Positions 28,812-39,000 of a stretch of 58,133 bases of DNA are shown one piece after another. How positions within the stretch are numbered: position 1 is the first letter of the stretch; each line of letters opens with the position of its first letter. The notes under the pieces are model-generated. The model was given only the letters and a program-made list of their open reading frames with translations. It was not told the DNA's origin and made no database searches. Where the stretch lies: sequence record SRR20825006_1103; one strand, written 5' to 3'. The position numbers and the translations under genes are program-made.

Positions 28812-29565
28812 TCTCGTCGTCGAAAACATCTCGGTTCTCGCAAGGGAGAGTGTGCTGGTAGACGATGCCAGCTTCCGCCTCGGCTGTGGCGAGTTCGTCG
28901 CGCTGCTTGGTCCGAATGGTGCGGGCAAGACGAGCCTGATCCGCGCCGGTCTGGGCCTGCAATCGGCGAGTGCGGGGCTCAGCTTGCTTGGCGGTAAACC
29001 GGTTGATGCTCTCTCACCGACGCAGCGCGCCCGGCAAATAGCCTACCTTCCCCAGACCCGGCCGCTTGCCTGGCCGAATAGTGTCCGCGACGTCGTATCC
29101 CTTGGGCGGTTCAGCCACGGAGCGCCGTTGGGCCGCTTGAAAGGATTAGACGCCGAAGCCGTTGACCGCGCGCTTCAGGCCTGCGGACTTCTGGAACTGG
29201 CGGGGCGCCGAACGGATACGCTTTCAGGCGGGGAGCTGGCCCGCGTCCATTGTGCGCGCGCGTTTGCCGCCGAAGCGCCTTTGCTCATCGCGGATGAGCC
29301 CATAGCTGCGCTGGACCCCCGTCAGCAATTTCGGATTCTCGACCTGATCCGCACCTATGTGGACCAAGGTGGCGGCGCACTGGTCGTGCTCCATGATATT
29401 CAGCTCGCTGCGCGCTACGCCTCTCGCATGATCTGGATGAAGGATGGGCGTATTGAAGCGGATGGCCCTCCGTCCGAAACACTGACAGCCGAGCGAATGA
29501 GAGACATTTATGGCGTTGCGGCACGGGTCGAGGGGTTGAACATTCATATTGACGGTGCCGCATGA
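28804..29565 (+). CDS. btuD: Cobalamin ABC transporter ATPase
   Basis: GPNGAGKTS, LSGGE, ADEP and VLHD motifs. Start at MTDLVV. Confidence 0.9.
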   Translation: MTDLVVENISVLARESVLVDDASFRLGCGEFVALLGPNGAGKTSLIRAGLGLQSASAGLSLLGGKPVDALSPTQRARQIAYLPQTRPLAWPNSVRDVVSLGRFSHGAPLGRLKGLDAEAVDRALQACGLLELAGRRTDTLSGGELARVHCARAFAAEAPLLIADEPIAALDPRQQFRILDLIRTYVDQGGGALVVLHDIQLAARYASRMIWMKDGRIEADGPPSETLTAERMRDIYGVAARVEGLNIHIDGAA

Positions 29566-31046
29566 CCGCCCGCGCACTGATGTTGCAAGGCACTGGCTCG
29601 GATGTCGGCAAGTCTGTCCTGACGGCGGCCCTTTGCCGGATCGCGCGGCGCCGAGGCCTGAGTGTTGCCCCCTTCAAACCTCAGAACATGTCCAACAATG
29701 CCGCCGCCTGTCCAACGGGGGGTGAAATTGGCCGCGCTCAGGCGCTGCAGGCGCGTGCGGCAGGCCTGGATCCCCATGTTGACATGAATCCGGTGCTGCT
29801 GAAGCCCCAGACAGACCGCACCGCGCAGCTCGTCGTGCATGGCAAGGCTACTCATGCCATGGAAGCCGCAGACTATATGGCCAATCGCGACCAGTTGATG
29901 GGCGCAGTCATGGAGAGCTTTGGCCGACTTACCAATGCGTACGACCTGGTCATTGTCGAGGGCGCCGGCAGCCCGGCGGAAATAAATCTGCGCGACCGGG
30001 ACATAGCAAATATGGGGTTTGCCCGACGCGCGGGCGTTCCCGTTTGTCTGGTTGGCGACATCGAAAAAGGTGGTGTCATTGCCAGTCTTGTTGGAACACG
30101 GAATGTAATTGAGAAGAAAGACAGTGCGATGATCCGCGCCTTTCTGGTGAACAAGTTCCGGGGCGATTTGAAACTGTTTGATGAAGGCGTGACGGAAATC
30201 GAAATCCGCGCCAGGTGGCCGTGCCTCGGCGTGATACCCTGGTTGCCCGCCGCTTCGAAACTGCCTGCCGAAGACGCGCTCGTCCTGGACACGCCGCTCA
30301 CACCCTCTGGAAAGGCTTTGAAAATCGCGGCACCCATACTGTCGCGGATTGCAAATTTCGACGATGCCGACCCCCTCAAGCTTGAGGAGAACGTCAAATT
30401 CAGTTGGATTTCTCCGGGCCAGGCCATTCCGCGCAACACGGATGTTGTTATCCTGTTTGGCACGAAATCAACACTCGGTGATCTCGCTTTCCTGCGCGCA
30501 CAGGGTTGGGACCACGACATCATCGCGCACGCACGTGCGGGAGGCCGGGTGCTCGGTATTTGTGGAGGATACCAGATGCTTGGCAATCGGGTCTCTGACC
30601 CTTTCGGCGTCGATGGTGACCCGGGCGAGGCAGCCGGCCTTGGATTGCTCGATGTCGATACGATCATGACCCGGCACAAGGAAGTGAAACCTGTTAGCAG
30701 AGCCGTGACGGCCCTGGGACCGACTACATCCGGTTATGTCATTCATGCTGGTCGCACGTCAGGCCCTGATGCGAACCGGCCATTCATAAATTTTGGTGCG
30801 GAGCAGGATGGCGCGCGCAGCGCAAATGGCCGGATCGAAGGAACATATCTGCACGGAGCATTCGCAGGCAATGAGTTTCGCCGCGCGTGGCTGGAACAGG
30901 CCGGACATTTTCGCGGGGCAAATCTCGACTATGGTGCGGCGGTGGACACCGCTCTGGACGAATTGGCCGATGGCGTCGAGCAAGCCGTGGATGTTGATGC
31001 GCTGCTGAAGCTTGCGGAGGAGCCTGGTTGGCGCCGGAAAACTTGA
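29562..31046 (+). CDS. cobQ: Cobyric acid synthase (CobQ/CbiP)
   Basis: QGTGSDVGKS, PFKPQNMSNN, EGAGSPAEINL, and glutaminase motifs GICGGYQ and YLHG. Confidence 0.96.
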   Translation: MTARALMLQGTGSDVGKSVLTAALCRIARRRGLSVAPFKPQNMSNNAAACPTGGEIGRAQALQARAAGLDPHVDMNPVLLKPQTDRTAQLVVHGKATHAMEAADYMANRDQLMGAVMESFGRLTNAYDLVIVEGAGSPAEINLRDRDIANMGFARRAGVPVCLVGDIEKGGVIASLVGTRNVIEKKDSAMIRAFLVNKFRGDLKLFDEGVTEIEIRARWPCLGVIPWLPAASKLPAEDALVLDTPLTPSGKALKIAAPILSRIANFDDADPLKLEENVKFSWISPGQAIPRNTDVVILFGTKSTLGDLAFLRAQGWDHDIIAHARAGGRVLGICGGYQMLGNRVSDPFGVDGDPGEAAGLGLLDVDTIMTRHKEVKPVSRAVTALGPTTSGYVIHAGRTSGPDANRPFINFGAEQDGARSANGRIEGTYLHGAFAGNEFRRAWLEQAGHFRGANLDYGAAVDTALDELADGVEQAVDVDALLKLAEEPGWRRKT

Positions 31047-31996
31047 TGGGGTTCGCGCCGTTGATACTGTGCGCATGGGGGTTGGAGGTTACAATTGGCT
31101 GGCCTCAACAACTGTTTCGCCGAATTGGTCACCCCGTGACATGGCTGGGCGGAGTAATCGGCACCGCGGACCAGATGCTCAACCGCCCGGATTGGTCGCA
31201 CGGGGTTCGTTACCTGATCGGCGGATTTGCAAGTGCGGTTCTCGTATTGAGTGTCGCCACTCTGGCGCACGCCATTTCGAGCCTGTTGCCTCCAACGCTT
31301 GTCGGAACTGTTCTTGAAGCAGCCATCGCCTCAAGCCTCATCGCGTCCCGTAGCCTTCATTCGCACGTGGCTGACGTGGCGAAACCGCTAACGACCGGAG
31401 ATATCAGTGGAGCACGCCAGGCGGTTTCATTGATCGTGGGCCGGGACCCTGCGCAACTGGAGGAAGATGGCATCGCGCGCGCAGCGCTGGAAAGCCTGGC
31501 CGAAAACATGTCTGACGGCGTGATTGCTCCGGTATTCTGGGGGCTTGTATTCGGATTGCCGGGAATTGCTGCGTACAAAGCCATCAACACACTCGATTCG
31601 ATGATCGGGCATCGCAGTGACCGGCACTATGCGTTCGGTGGTTTTGCCGCAAGACTGGATGACGCGGCAAACTTCCTTCCGGCGCGCCTGACGGGCTTGC
31701 TCCTCGCCTTCACCTCCCTGAAGGGACAAGCGTGGAGAGTGATGCTGAGAGACGCAAGACGACACCGTTCTCCCAATGCTGGATGGCCTGAAGCTGCAAT
31801 GGCCGGCGCGCTTGGCATTCGGCTGTCGGGACCGCGCGCATATGAAGGACGCACCACCAGTCAGCCCTGGCTAAATGTTGGTGCGAGAGATCCGGCGCGG
31901 GGTGATGTGTTGAGGGGACTGGCGCTGTATCGCCGTTCATGCGCGGTGGCATTCGCATTGGTGGCATTGGTCGTTTTCGGAGCGTACATGTTATGA
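31046..31996 (+). CDS. cbiB: Adenosylcobinamide-phosphate synthase (CbiB; called CobD in aerobic-pathway naming)
   Basis: HPV, VGRD, ESLAEN.SDG, YKAINTLDSMIG, ARLDD and SPNAGWPEAAMAGAL motifs. The ATG overlaps the cobQ TGA. Confidence 0.95.
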   Translation: MGFAPLILCAWGLEVTIGWPQQLFRRIGHPVTWLGGVIGTADQMLNRPDWSHGVRYLIGGFASAVLVLSVATLAHAISSLLPPTLVGTVLEAAIASSLIASRSLHSHVADVAKPLTTGDISGARQAVSLIVGRDPAQLEEDGIARAALESLAENMSDGVIAPVFWGLVFGLPGIAAYKAINTLDSMIGHRSDRHYAFGGFAARLDDAANFLPARLTGLLLAFTSLKGQAWRVMLRDARRHRSPNAGWPEAAMAGALGIRLSGPRAYEGRTTSQPWLNVGARDPARGDVLRGLALYRRSCAVAFALVALVVFGAYML

Positions 31997-32991
31997 GGCA
32001 CGATCTCGTTCACGGTGGCTCCCTCGACAAGATGCGCGCCGCATTTCCAAATGCGTCAGGGCCATGGATAGATCTATCGACCGGAATCAATCCGTGGCCC
32101 TATCCCGTACCGGATGTTTCGCCAGATACGCTGAATACCCTGCCGACCCGCGACGCATATCAACAATGCCGAGCCGCCATGGCATCGGTCATTGGCGTGC
32201 CCGCTGACACATTGGCGCTCGCGCCTGGAAGTGAATTGCTGATCCGGATGTTGCCGCAGATCATTTCTCCGAAACGTGTCGCGGTTCTGACCCCCACTTA
32301 TGGGGATCATGCGCAAGTTTGGCGTACCGCAGGATGTGACGTCTTAGAGACCACTTCCCCCCTGTCTTTATCCAGTGACGTAGACGCCGTCGCCATCTGC
32401 AACCCAAACAATCCTGATGGGCGTCTCTTCCAGCCGGATGAACTGGAGGCAGCTCTTGCGAAGCTGGCAGAGCGGGGCGGATGGCTGATCGTGGACGAGG
32501 CGTATACTGACCTTGCACCAGAACTCAGCCTCGCCCGACATGCCGGGGCACCCGGCTTGATTGTGTTGCGGTCCTTTGGAAAATTCTACGGGCTCGCTGG
32601 CCTGCGCCTTGGCGCAATCATCGCTTCTGAAGATATACTGCGACCGATATCAAACCTTCTCGGTGTTTGGCCCGTATCCGGATTGGCGCTCGACATTGGC
32701 AAGCGCGCCTATCAAGACACTTCCTGGCAAGTCAGCACACGAGCGCGGCTTGACGATGCCCGAAGACGTCTGGACGAGATATTGGTGGGCACGGGAATCA
32801 AGGAGATTCACGGAACCAATCTTTTTCGGTTTGTTGAGTGCGAAGATGCTCATCTGATCTGGAGACGACTCGCCGAGCGCGGCATTTACGTGCGTCGCTT
32901 TTCCTGGTCGAACCAGCATCTGCGTTTTGGCCTCATCGCGAACGAAGCTGCAGAGACGCGATTGCGGGAAGCGCTCAGCCTTTCAGTCTGA
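31993..32991 (+). CDS. cobD: L-threonine-O-3-phosphate decarboxylase (CobD; called CobC in aerobic-pathway naming)
   Basis: HGG...WIDLSTGINP, NPNNPDG, VDEAY and RSFGKFYGLAGLRLG (PLP lysine). Confidence 0.92.
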   Translation: MRHDLVHGGSLDKMRAAFPNASGPWIDLSTGINPWPYPVPDVSPDTLNTLPTRDAYQQCRAAMASVIGVPADTLALAPGSELLIRMLPQIISPKRVAVLTPTYGDHAQVWRTAGCDVLETTSPLSLSSDVDAVAICNPNNPDGRLFQPDELEAALAKLAERGGWLIVDEAYTDLAPELSLARHAGAPGLIVLRSFGKFYGLAGLRLGAIIASEDILRPISNLLGVWPVSGLALDIGKRAYQDTSWQVSTRARLDDARRRLDEILVGTGIKEIHGTNLFRFVECEDAHLIWRRLAERGIYVRRFSWSNQHLRFGLIANEAAETRLREALSLSV

Positions 32992-33484
32992 GCGGAAGGC
33001 CGGCAGCGACAAAATCTACCTGATCGCAAACAGCAGCAACATTCTGGTTCAGCCGCCCCTGTGCATCCCGAAAAGCCCGTCCCAAAGATGTCTCCGGCAC
33101 CAACCCCAGGCCAATTTCATTAGAGACGAGTGCAATCTGCACCTGTGACGACTGGAGCGCAGTACAAAGCGCCATAGTTTCCTGCTCTATATCTCGATTG
33201 TGGTGGAATAGATTGGAGAGCCAGAGCGTCAGGCAATCTATGAGTACGGACTCACCCGGATTGATCTCCCCCTGAATCACGGACACCAGATCAAGCGGCG
33301 CTTCAATTGTTCGCCAGCCTTCACCGCGATCGGCCTGATGCCGTTTGATCCTGTCGGTCATTTCGGCATCGAGTGCCTCGGCGGTTGCCACGAACAAGCG
33401 GTGCGGCGAGGCGGTCTCTGCGAGAGCCTGCGCGCGGGCGCTTTTACCGGATCGTGCGCCCCCCAGAATGAGGAATTTCGTCAT
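32975..33484 (-). CDS. cobU: Bifunctional adenosylcobinamide kinase / cobinamide-phosphate guanylyltransferase (CobU/CobP)
   Basis: GGARSGKS, RIKRHQ, IDCLTLW, VSNEIGLG, FRD..GRLNQ and AGLP motifs. Confidence 0.96.
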   Translation of the reverse strand: MTKFLILGGARSGKSARAQALAETASPHRLFVATAEALDAEMTDRIKRHQADRGEGWRTIEAPLDLVSVIQGEINPGESVLIDCLTLWLSNLFHHNRDIEQETMALCTALQSSQVQIALVSNEIGLGLVPETSLGRAFRDAQGRLNQNVAAVCDQVDFVAAGLPLRLKG

Positions 33485-33560
33485 CGGCTCAATAAGCAGA
33501 ATTGCATCGGCTTGGCCAAATTATTCGTCTCGGTTCATGTGCGCTCAGTCGGCGGCTGGA

Positions 33561-33713
33561 TCAGGCGGGTGTATCGTCGTCGTTATCCAGAATGCGATAG
33601 GCAGGTCCCTGCATGTCGTCAAACTGACCCGAGCGGATCGACCATACAAACGCGCCCAACCCCAGCAGGCCAAGTGCCAGAGCAACTGGAATAAGATAGA
33701 TGATGATGGTCAT
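33561..33713 (-). CDS. ccoS: cbb3-type oxidase maturation protein CcoS/FixS (50 aa, not in ORF track)
   Basis: Hand translation MTIIIYLIPVALALGLLGLGAFVWSIRSGQFDDMQGPAYRILDNDDDTPA*, containing the W...SGQFDD...RIL signature. Follows ccoI. Confidence 0.93.
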   Translation of the reverse strand: MTIIIYLIPVALALGLLGLGAFVWSIRSGQFDDMQGPAYRILDNDDDTPA

Positions 33714-33719
33714 AGACCT

Positions 33720-35963
33720 TTAGTTCTCGATTTGCAGCCGCATTGCGTTGAGGGTTACAATAATTGAGGACAGCGACATGGCAATGGCGGCGATCAGAGG
33801 TGTTACGTGCCCGGTCACCGCAATCGGAACGGCGACAACATTGTAGGCAGCGGCCAGCGCGAAATTCTGCCGCATGACCGACCGTGTTTTTCTCGCTACG
33901 CGCAAAACGACCGGAATGGCTTCGAGCCCCCCACTATATACGGCGTCGCTCGCTGACTGGGTGATGTCGATCGCGGCTCCCGGTGCCAAAGATGCGTGGG
34001 CCAGGGACAAAGCGCCGGCATCGTTCAGCCCGTCCCCCACCATCAGGACGCGGCGGCCATCGGCGCGGAGACTCTCCAGACGGGCGACCTTTTCCTGCGG
34101 TGTGGCTTCTCCGGTCCAGTCGCTGATCCCGAGGGCCCCGGCCAGCGAGGCAACGGCGCTATTCTGGTCTCCCGACACTATCTCCAACTCGATGCCCTGG
34201 TCCCGAAGCGTCTCAAGCGCCTCAGCAGCACCCGGCTGTACATCATCAACGAAGCGAAATTGGACCGCTGGAGTGTCGCCCTGGTCGAGCCACAAGGATG
34301 GGCCGTGCAGAGCGCCTTTCGCTGCCGCACCTGTCCAGCCGGCCGAGCCCAGCCGCCAAACCTGACCATCCACTTCCGCCTCAAGACCGCGCCCGGCAAT
34401 TTCATGTACACCTTCCAGCACAGTTCCCGGCCCCGCCATGGCCACGAGGGCGCGCGAAAGCGGATGATGGCTGACACGGGCCATGCTGGCGGCATCTGCA
34501 AGCATGGCCGCAGCCTCAGTCGACGCAAGTGGCACCGGGCAGCCATTCTGCTGAATGCCTTCTAGTTTCGGCGTACCGAGAGTAAGTGTCCCGGTCTTGT
34601 CAAAGACGATATGATCCACTTCGGCAAGACGCTCAAAGGCATCCCCGGACCGTAGATAGACGCCCTTGCGAAACAGTCGCCCCGCCGCCACGACTTGAGC
34701 CACTGGCGCCGCGAGGGCGAGCGCACACGGGCAGGTAATGATGAGGGTCGCTACGGCGATCATCAGCGCCTCTGGCAGTGACGCGCCAAGCAGCAACCAA
34801 CCGACACAGGCGAGCACCGCTGTCGTATGAACGAACGGCACGTAGATGGAAACGGCACGGTCGGCGATCCGGCGATAGGCAGACCGGCGCTGCTCACCAG
34901 CCTCCAGCATTTCGCCAATTTGTGACAGCAACGACTCTTCAGCGACCTTCAACGCCTCACCACGAAGGGGTCCGGTCACGTTGATCGCGCCCGCATGAAG
35001 CGTCATTCCCGGAGAGAATGTACGGGGAAGAGATTCTCCCGTCACGAGGCTCTCATCGACATCGCTAATGCCTGTGAGAATACGCATATCCACCATTGCG
35101 CGCTCTCCTGGCGCGAGCAGGATGCGATCCCCTGCCGCGATGTCGCTGGCCGCAACAGAGACGGCGCTTCCATTGTCGTTCAGGCGGGTGACAGCACTCG
35201 TCTGCATTGCCGCCAGGGCATTCGCTGCCGCATGCGCCTGCCGACGGAGACGCGCATCCAGGAACCGTCCGATCAACAGGAAGAAGCACAACATCACGAC
35301 GGCGTCGAAATAGGCGTGTTCACCGCCGCGTATCGTTTCAAAAACGCTAACCCCAAACGCGAGGCTCAGCGCCAGTGAGATTGGGACATCCATGTTCGCA
35401 TGCCCCTTGCTGAGCGCGGCCCATGCCGAGCGAAAGAAGTGGCGCCCGGAAAACAGGAGGACTGGAAGAGCAATTATCCCGGAGAGCGCATGCAGCGTTT
35501 TGCGTGTCGCCTCGCCCATCTCGCCATGTCCGGCCCAGACAGACACCGACAGCAACATGATGTTGGCGGCCGCAAAGCCTGCGACGCCCATCGAGATGAG
35601 GAGGGAGCGTTCTTCGCGCGCCTTGTCGGCTGCGCCGGTATCGGCTGCCTGCGCCGAAACACCATAACCGAGATCGGATATCGTCTGGGCAATCCGGTCA
35701 GCGGCAAGCGGGCCGGTCCACCGCACCCGCATCTGTCCGTTCGAAAGGTTCAACCGTGCCTGCGTCACACCCGGCAGGGCCGAGACGGATTTTTCAATCT
35801 TGCTGAGGCAGCCACCGCACTTCGCCCCCCGCACAAGGAGATCGATCGCGCGCTCGTCTCCGACAATCCGAACAAAGCCCGAATATCCCCTTTTGGTATC
35901 TCGCGTGGCTGCAGGTGCAAGACCAGAGGGGCATCCGGGTACGGAGGGAATCGCTGTCGTCAC
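33720..35963 (-). CDS. ccoI: Cu-transporting P1B ATPase CcoI/FixI
   Basis: HMA motif CGGC, TGES, CPCAL, DKTGT, GDGLND and YN...MSLSS. Confidence 0.93.
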   Translation of the reverse strand: MTTAIPSVPGCPSGLAPAATRDTKRGYSGFVRIVGDERAIDLLVRGAKCGGCLSKIEKSVSALPGVTQARLNLSNGQMRVRWTGPLAADRIAQTISDLGYGVSAQAADTGAADKAREERSLLISMGVAGFAAANIMLLSVSVWAGHGEMGEATRKTLHALSGIIALPVLLFSGRHFFRSAWAALSKGHANMDVPISLALSLAFGVSVFETIRGGEHAYFDAVVMLCFFLLIGRFLDARLRRQAHAAANALAAMQTSAVTRLNDNGSAVSVAASDIAAGDRILLAPGERAMVDMRILTGISDVDESLVTGESLPRTFSPGMTLHAGAINVTGPLRGEALKVAEESLLSQIGEMLEAGEQRRSAYRRIADRAVSIYVPFVHTTAVLACVGWLLLGASLPEALMIAVATLIITCPCALALAAPVAQVVAAGRLFRKGVYLRSGDAFERLAEVDHIVFDKTGTLTLGTPKLEGIQQNGCPVPLASTEAAAMLADAASMARVSHHPLSRALVAMAGPGTVLEGVHEIAGRGLEAEVDGQVWRLGSAGWTGAAAKGALHGPSLWLDQGDTPAVQFRFVDDVQPGAAEALETLRDQGIELEIVSGDQNSAVASLAGALGISDWTGEATPQEKVARLESLRADGRRVLMVGDGLNDAGALSLAHASLAPGAAIDITQSASDAVYSGGLEAIPVVLRVARKTRSVMRQNFALAAAYNVVAVPIAVTGHVTPLIAAIAMSLSSIIVTLNAMRLQIEN

Positions 35964-36472
35964 GGCACAATCACGATCCGCTTGTTCGCACGGAACACCA
36001 CCTCGTCTCCCTCAACATCAAAGACCTTGAACTGAGCGTCCCATCTACCAGCCGGTAAATCGGCAACACTCGTGACATAGTCACCTGAACCATGAGACTC
36101 GAGCACTACGACCTCGTCGTGCGTCGTACTGCCGGGATGGCGCAACTCGACAGATACCAAACGCGCCGAAATGGGCTCGCCAGCGGAGTCAGCCAGATTG
36201 AACACAAGATTTTCGTCATACAGGCCAGCCGCAGCGCTCCATCCGAGCAGGTCTTGCGAGGCCTTCGCGTCCAGCGTGCTGTTATAGTCCAAACCCTGCA
36301 GGTAGGACTTCTTCACATCCTCACCCGGAAAGCTGGTAATCGCATGATAGAGGAAAATACCGTTCACCGTGAACATGAGACCGAAGAAGCCCAGCATGAT
36401 CCAGAACACATGCCATCCGGTCAATTTTCCACTCTTGGAACTCGGGTCAGCGCTCAGCGCATGGTCTGTCAT
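35960..36472 (-). CDS. ccoH: CcoH/FixH assembly protein
   Basis: LTGWHV...FFG...VN...TSFPG...SY..GLDYN...LGW pattern, in cco operon position. Confidence 0.9.
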   Translation of the reverse strand: MTDHALSADPSSKSGKLTGWHVFWIMLGFFGLMFTVNGIFLYHAITSFPGEDVKKSYLQGLDYNSTLDAKASQDLLGWSAAAGLYDENLVFNLADSAGEPISARLVSVELRHPGSTTHDEVVVLESHGSGDYVTSVADLPAGRWDAQFKVFDVEGDEVVFRANKRIVIVP

Positions 36473-37941
36473 TGTTCATCTCCTCTGAACGAAGATATGT
36501 TTACATCGGTCTCACCCGTGGCCGCGTCGCGCACCGTGAACATCACTTGTCGGCGAGGAACGGTCGCATCTGCCACTACGAGGATGCGGTAGCGATCCAC
36601 CCCAAATGCCTCCACAGGCAATTCGAGCGTGTCGCTGCCTTCATGCTCCATACCGATCACCTTGAACGCCCCCCCTTCCAATCCACTGACATCAAGCAGC
36701 ATTGTACGGGGTTCACTTGTCTTGTTCACGAGCTTGAGTGTGTAACCGTTCTGAATACGTCCGTCCGAAAGGGTGACAAAGGGGGGCGAGCGATCCTTGA
36801 GTATGTTTGCTTCAATGGTCGACTTGGTGGCAAGCCCCCACGCCATCAGACTCCCGATGGCAAGCATGACAACAGCATAGACGACAGTACGTGCTCGAAT
36901 CAGTTTGTGCTTGGGCGGGATCAGCCCTTCATTTCGCGCAGCCACGGCAATCTGTGTATCATAGGCAATAAGACCCTTGGGCCGATCTACCTTCGCCATG
37001 ATCTCGTCGCACGCATCGATGCATAGTGCGCAATGGATGCATTCGAGTTGCTCACCATCCCGGATATCGATGCCCATCGGACAAACCTGAACACATTGAT
37101 TGCAATCAATGCAATCGCCACGGTCGTCCCAGCTCTCGGATTTACGCTTCGGACCTCGGGGTTCACCGCGGTCATAGCGATAGGTCACATTGAGGGCCTG
37201 CTCATCTGTCAAAGCGCCCTGAATGCGCGGCCAAGGGCACATATAAGTGCACACCTGTTCGCGCATCGTCCCTGCCAGGAAATAAGTTGTCAATGTGAGG
37301 ATTCCGGCGAACCAATAGGCGGTCAGGGGCGCATCACCGGTAAACCAGCCAGCAGCGACAGTCGGTGCGTCATGCCAGTAGAGAATGAAAGCGCCACCGG
37401 TCCAGAATGCGATAACAAGCCAGACAGCATGTTTGCCCAGTTTTCTCGCGATCTTGTTTGCCGTCCAAGGTGCTTTGTCGAGACGCATGCGGGCCGCACG
37501 GTCACCCTCAAAGGCGCGCTCGACCCATATGTAGAGATCGGTCCAAACGGTTTGTGGGCATGTGTATCCGCACCAGACCCGACCAAGCAGGGAGGTCACA
37601 AGAAACAACAATAGGGAGGCGAGTATCAGCCCGCCAGCCATGTAGTGGATGTCCTGCGGCCAGAGTTCGATAAAGAAAAAGTAGAATTTTTCGCTGGAGA
37701 AGTCTGCCAACACAGCCTGATCTGGAATGCCTTCACCGCGATTCCATCTTACCCATGGCAAGCCATAGTAAACACCCAGAGTGGCGGCCATCACAATCCA
37801 TTTGATCGTCCGGAACTTGCCATGCGCGAGCTTGGGGTAGATCTGCTTGCGCTTGGCGTAGAGGTCTTCATGCCGCGGTGGCTCCCCGCCCGATTGGGCA
37901 GGGAGTTCCGAAGCGTGGTCGATCAAGGTTGTGCTGGCCAT
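36469..37941 (-). CDS. ccoG: CcoG/FixG 4Fe-4S membrane protein (cupric reductase)
   Basis: GRVWCGYTCPQTVW, CTYMCPW, CIDCNQCVQVCP and CIHCALCIDAC motifs. Confidence 0.95.
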   Translation of the reverse strand: MASTTLIDHASELPAQSGGEPPRHEDLYAKRKQIYPKLAHGKFRTIKWIVMAATLGVYYGLPWVRWNRGEGIPDQAVLADFSSEKFYFFFIELWPQDIHYMAGGLILASLLLFLVTSLLGRVWCGYTCPQTVWTDLYIWVERAFEGDRAARMRLDKAPWTANKIARKLGKHAVWLVIAFWTGGAFILYWHDAPTVAAGWFTGDAPLTAYWFAGILTLTTYFLAGTMREQVCTYMCPWPRIQGALTDEQALNVTYRYDRGEPRGPKRKSESWDDRGDCIDCNQCVQVCPMGIDIRDGEQLECIHCALCIDACDEIMAKVDRPKGLIAYDTQIAVAARNEGLIPPKHKLIRARTVVYAVVMLAIGSLMAWGLATKSTIEANILKDRSPPFVTLSDGRIQNGYTLKLVNKTSEPRTMLLDVSGLEGGAFKVIGMEHEGSDTLELPVEAFGVDRYRILVVADATVPRRQVMFTVRDAATGETDVNISSFRGDEQ

Positions 37942-37949
37942 ACTGGCTC

Positions 37950-38834
37950 CTACTCGCCGCCGCCGAGCGAATGTACGTAAACGGCAATCGCCTTGATAGT
38001 TGCGTCATCCAATCGGTCGTCCCAAGCTGGCATGTGGGAATTGCGGGCATTGTAGATAGTGGCTTCGATGTCCGCCTCGCGATCACCATACAGCCACTCT
38101 GCATCCGTCAAATTTGGTGCCCCTTGGGTGCGATCCCCGGTCCCGTCCGCCCCATGACAAGTAGCGCATTGCTGCTGAAAGATTGGTGCGGCCCGCAATA
38201 CAGCTTCCGGATCATCACTGCGCCCTGACAGATCAAGAACGTACTGCGCAAGATCATCCACTTCGCTGCGCTTCAGCAGGCCATCTCGTCCAAATGCCGG
38301 CATCGCGGAAAAGCGGGTTCCATCATCGGTATCGTGACGGATACCGTGTCGGATCGTGTATTCGATACCGTCCAGGGAACCATCCCAAAGCCAAATGTCA
38401 TCTGCCAGCGCCGGATACCCAATGGCGCCGCGCCCACCTGCCCCATGGCAAGTTGCGCAATTGTCGCCGAAGGCACTTTCGCCCATGGCGAGCGCAAATT
38501 GCTGCAGGGTGCGGTCCGTCTCGATTGTCTCAAGGCCGGCATCGAGAAGGACGACGGATTGCGCATCCCGCGCTGTCTTGAGTTCCGTGACGGCCTTGGC
38601 GACCTCGGCCCGGTCCGAATGACCGCGCAGGCCCTTCGTATTGGTGCCAAGCCCCGGCAGGGCGGGAATGGCAGGCATCAGGATCATGTAGACGATCGCC
38701 CACGCGATCGACATGTACCAGACATACAGCCACCAGCGCGGCAGCGGATTGTTCAGTTCCTTGATCCCGTCCCAGGAATGTCCGGTCGTCTCAACGCCGG
38801 AATACTGGTCGATGTCCTTGGTTTCATCAGTCAT
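37950..38834 (-). CDS. ccoP: cbb3-type cytochrome c oxidase subunit III
   Basis: TGHSWDGIKELNNPLPRWW and two CATCH heme-c motifs. Start at MTDETK. Confidence 0.96.
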   Translation of the reverse strand: MTDETKDIDQYSGVETTGHSWDGIKELNNPLPRWWLYVWYMSIAWAIVYMILMPAIPALPGLGTNTKGLRGHSDRAEVAKAVTELKTARDAQSVVLLDAGLETIETDRTLQQFALAMGESAFGDNCATCHGAGGRGAIGYPALADDIWLWDGSLDGIEYTIRHGIRHDTDDGTRFSAMPAFGRDGLLKRSEVDDLAQYVLDLSGRSDDPEAVLRAAPIFQQQCATCHGADGTGDRTQGAPNLTDAEWLYGDREADIEATIYNARNSHMPAWDDRLDDATIKAIAVYVHSLGGGE

Positions 38835-38988
38835 TTGACGGCCCCTTGTCTTCAAGCGGAGAATTGGCGGCGCGGTCGAAAGTGTCCTGGTTGCTGGGCC
38901 ACAGAGCGTAGACAAGGGCCCCGGCAAACATCAAGACGAAATAGACCAGGCCACCGGTCTGGGCGAAACTTGAGAGTGCTTCATACAT
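38827..38988 (-). CDS. ccoQ: cbb3-type oxidase subunit CcoQ (53 aa, not in ORF track)
   Basis: Hand translation MYEALSSFAQTGGLVYFVLMFAGALVYALWPSNQDTFDRAANSPLEDKGPSND*, with GGAGG RBS, between ccoO and ccoP. Confidence 0.92.
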   Translation of the reverse strand: MYEALSSFAQTGGLVYFVLMFAGALVYALWPSNQDTFDRAANSPLEDKGPSND

Positions 38989-39000
38989 GCGGGTTGCCTC

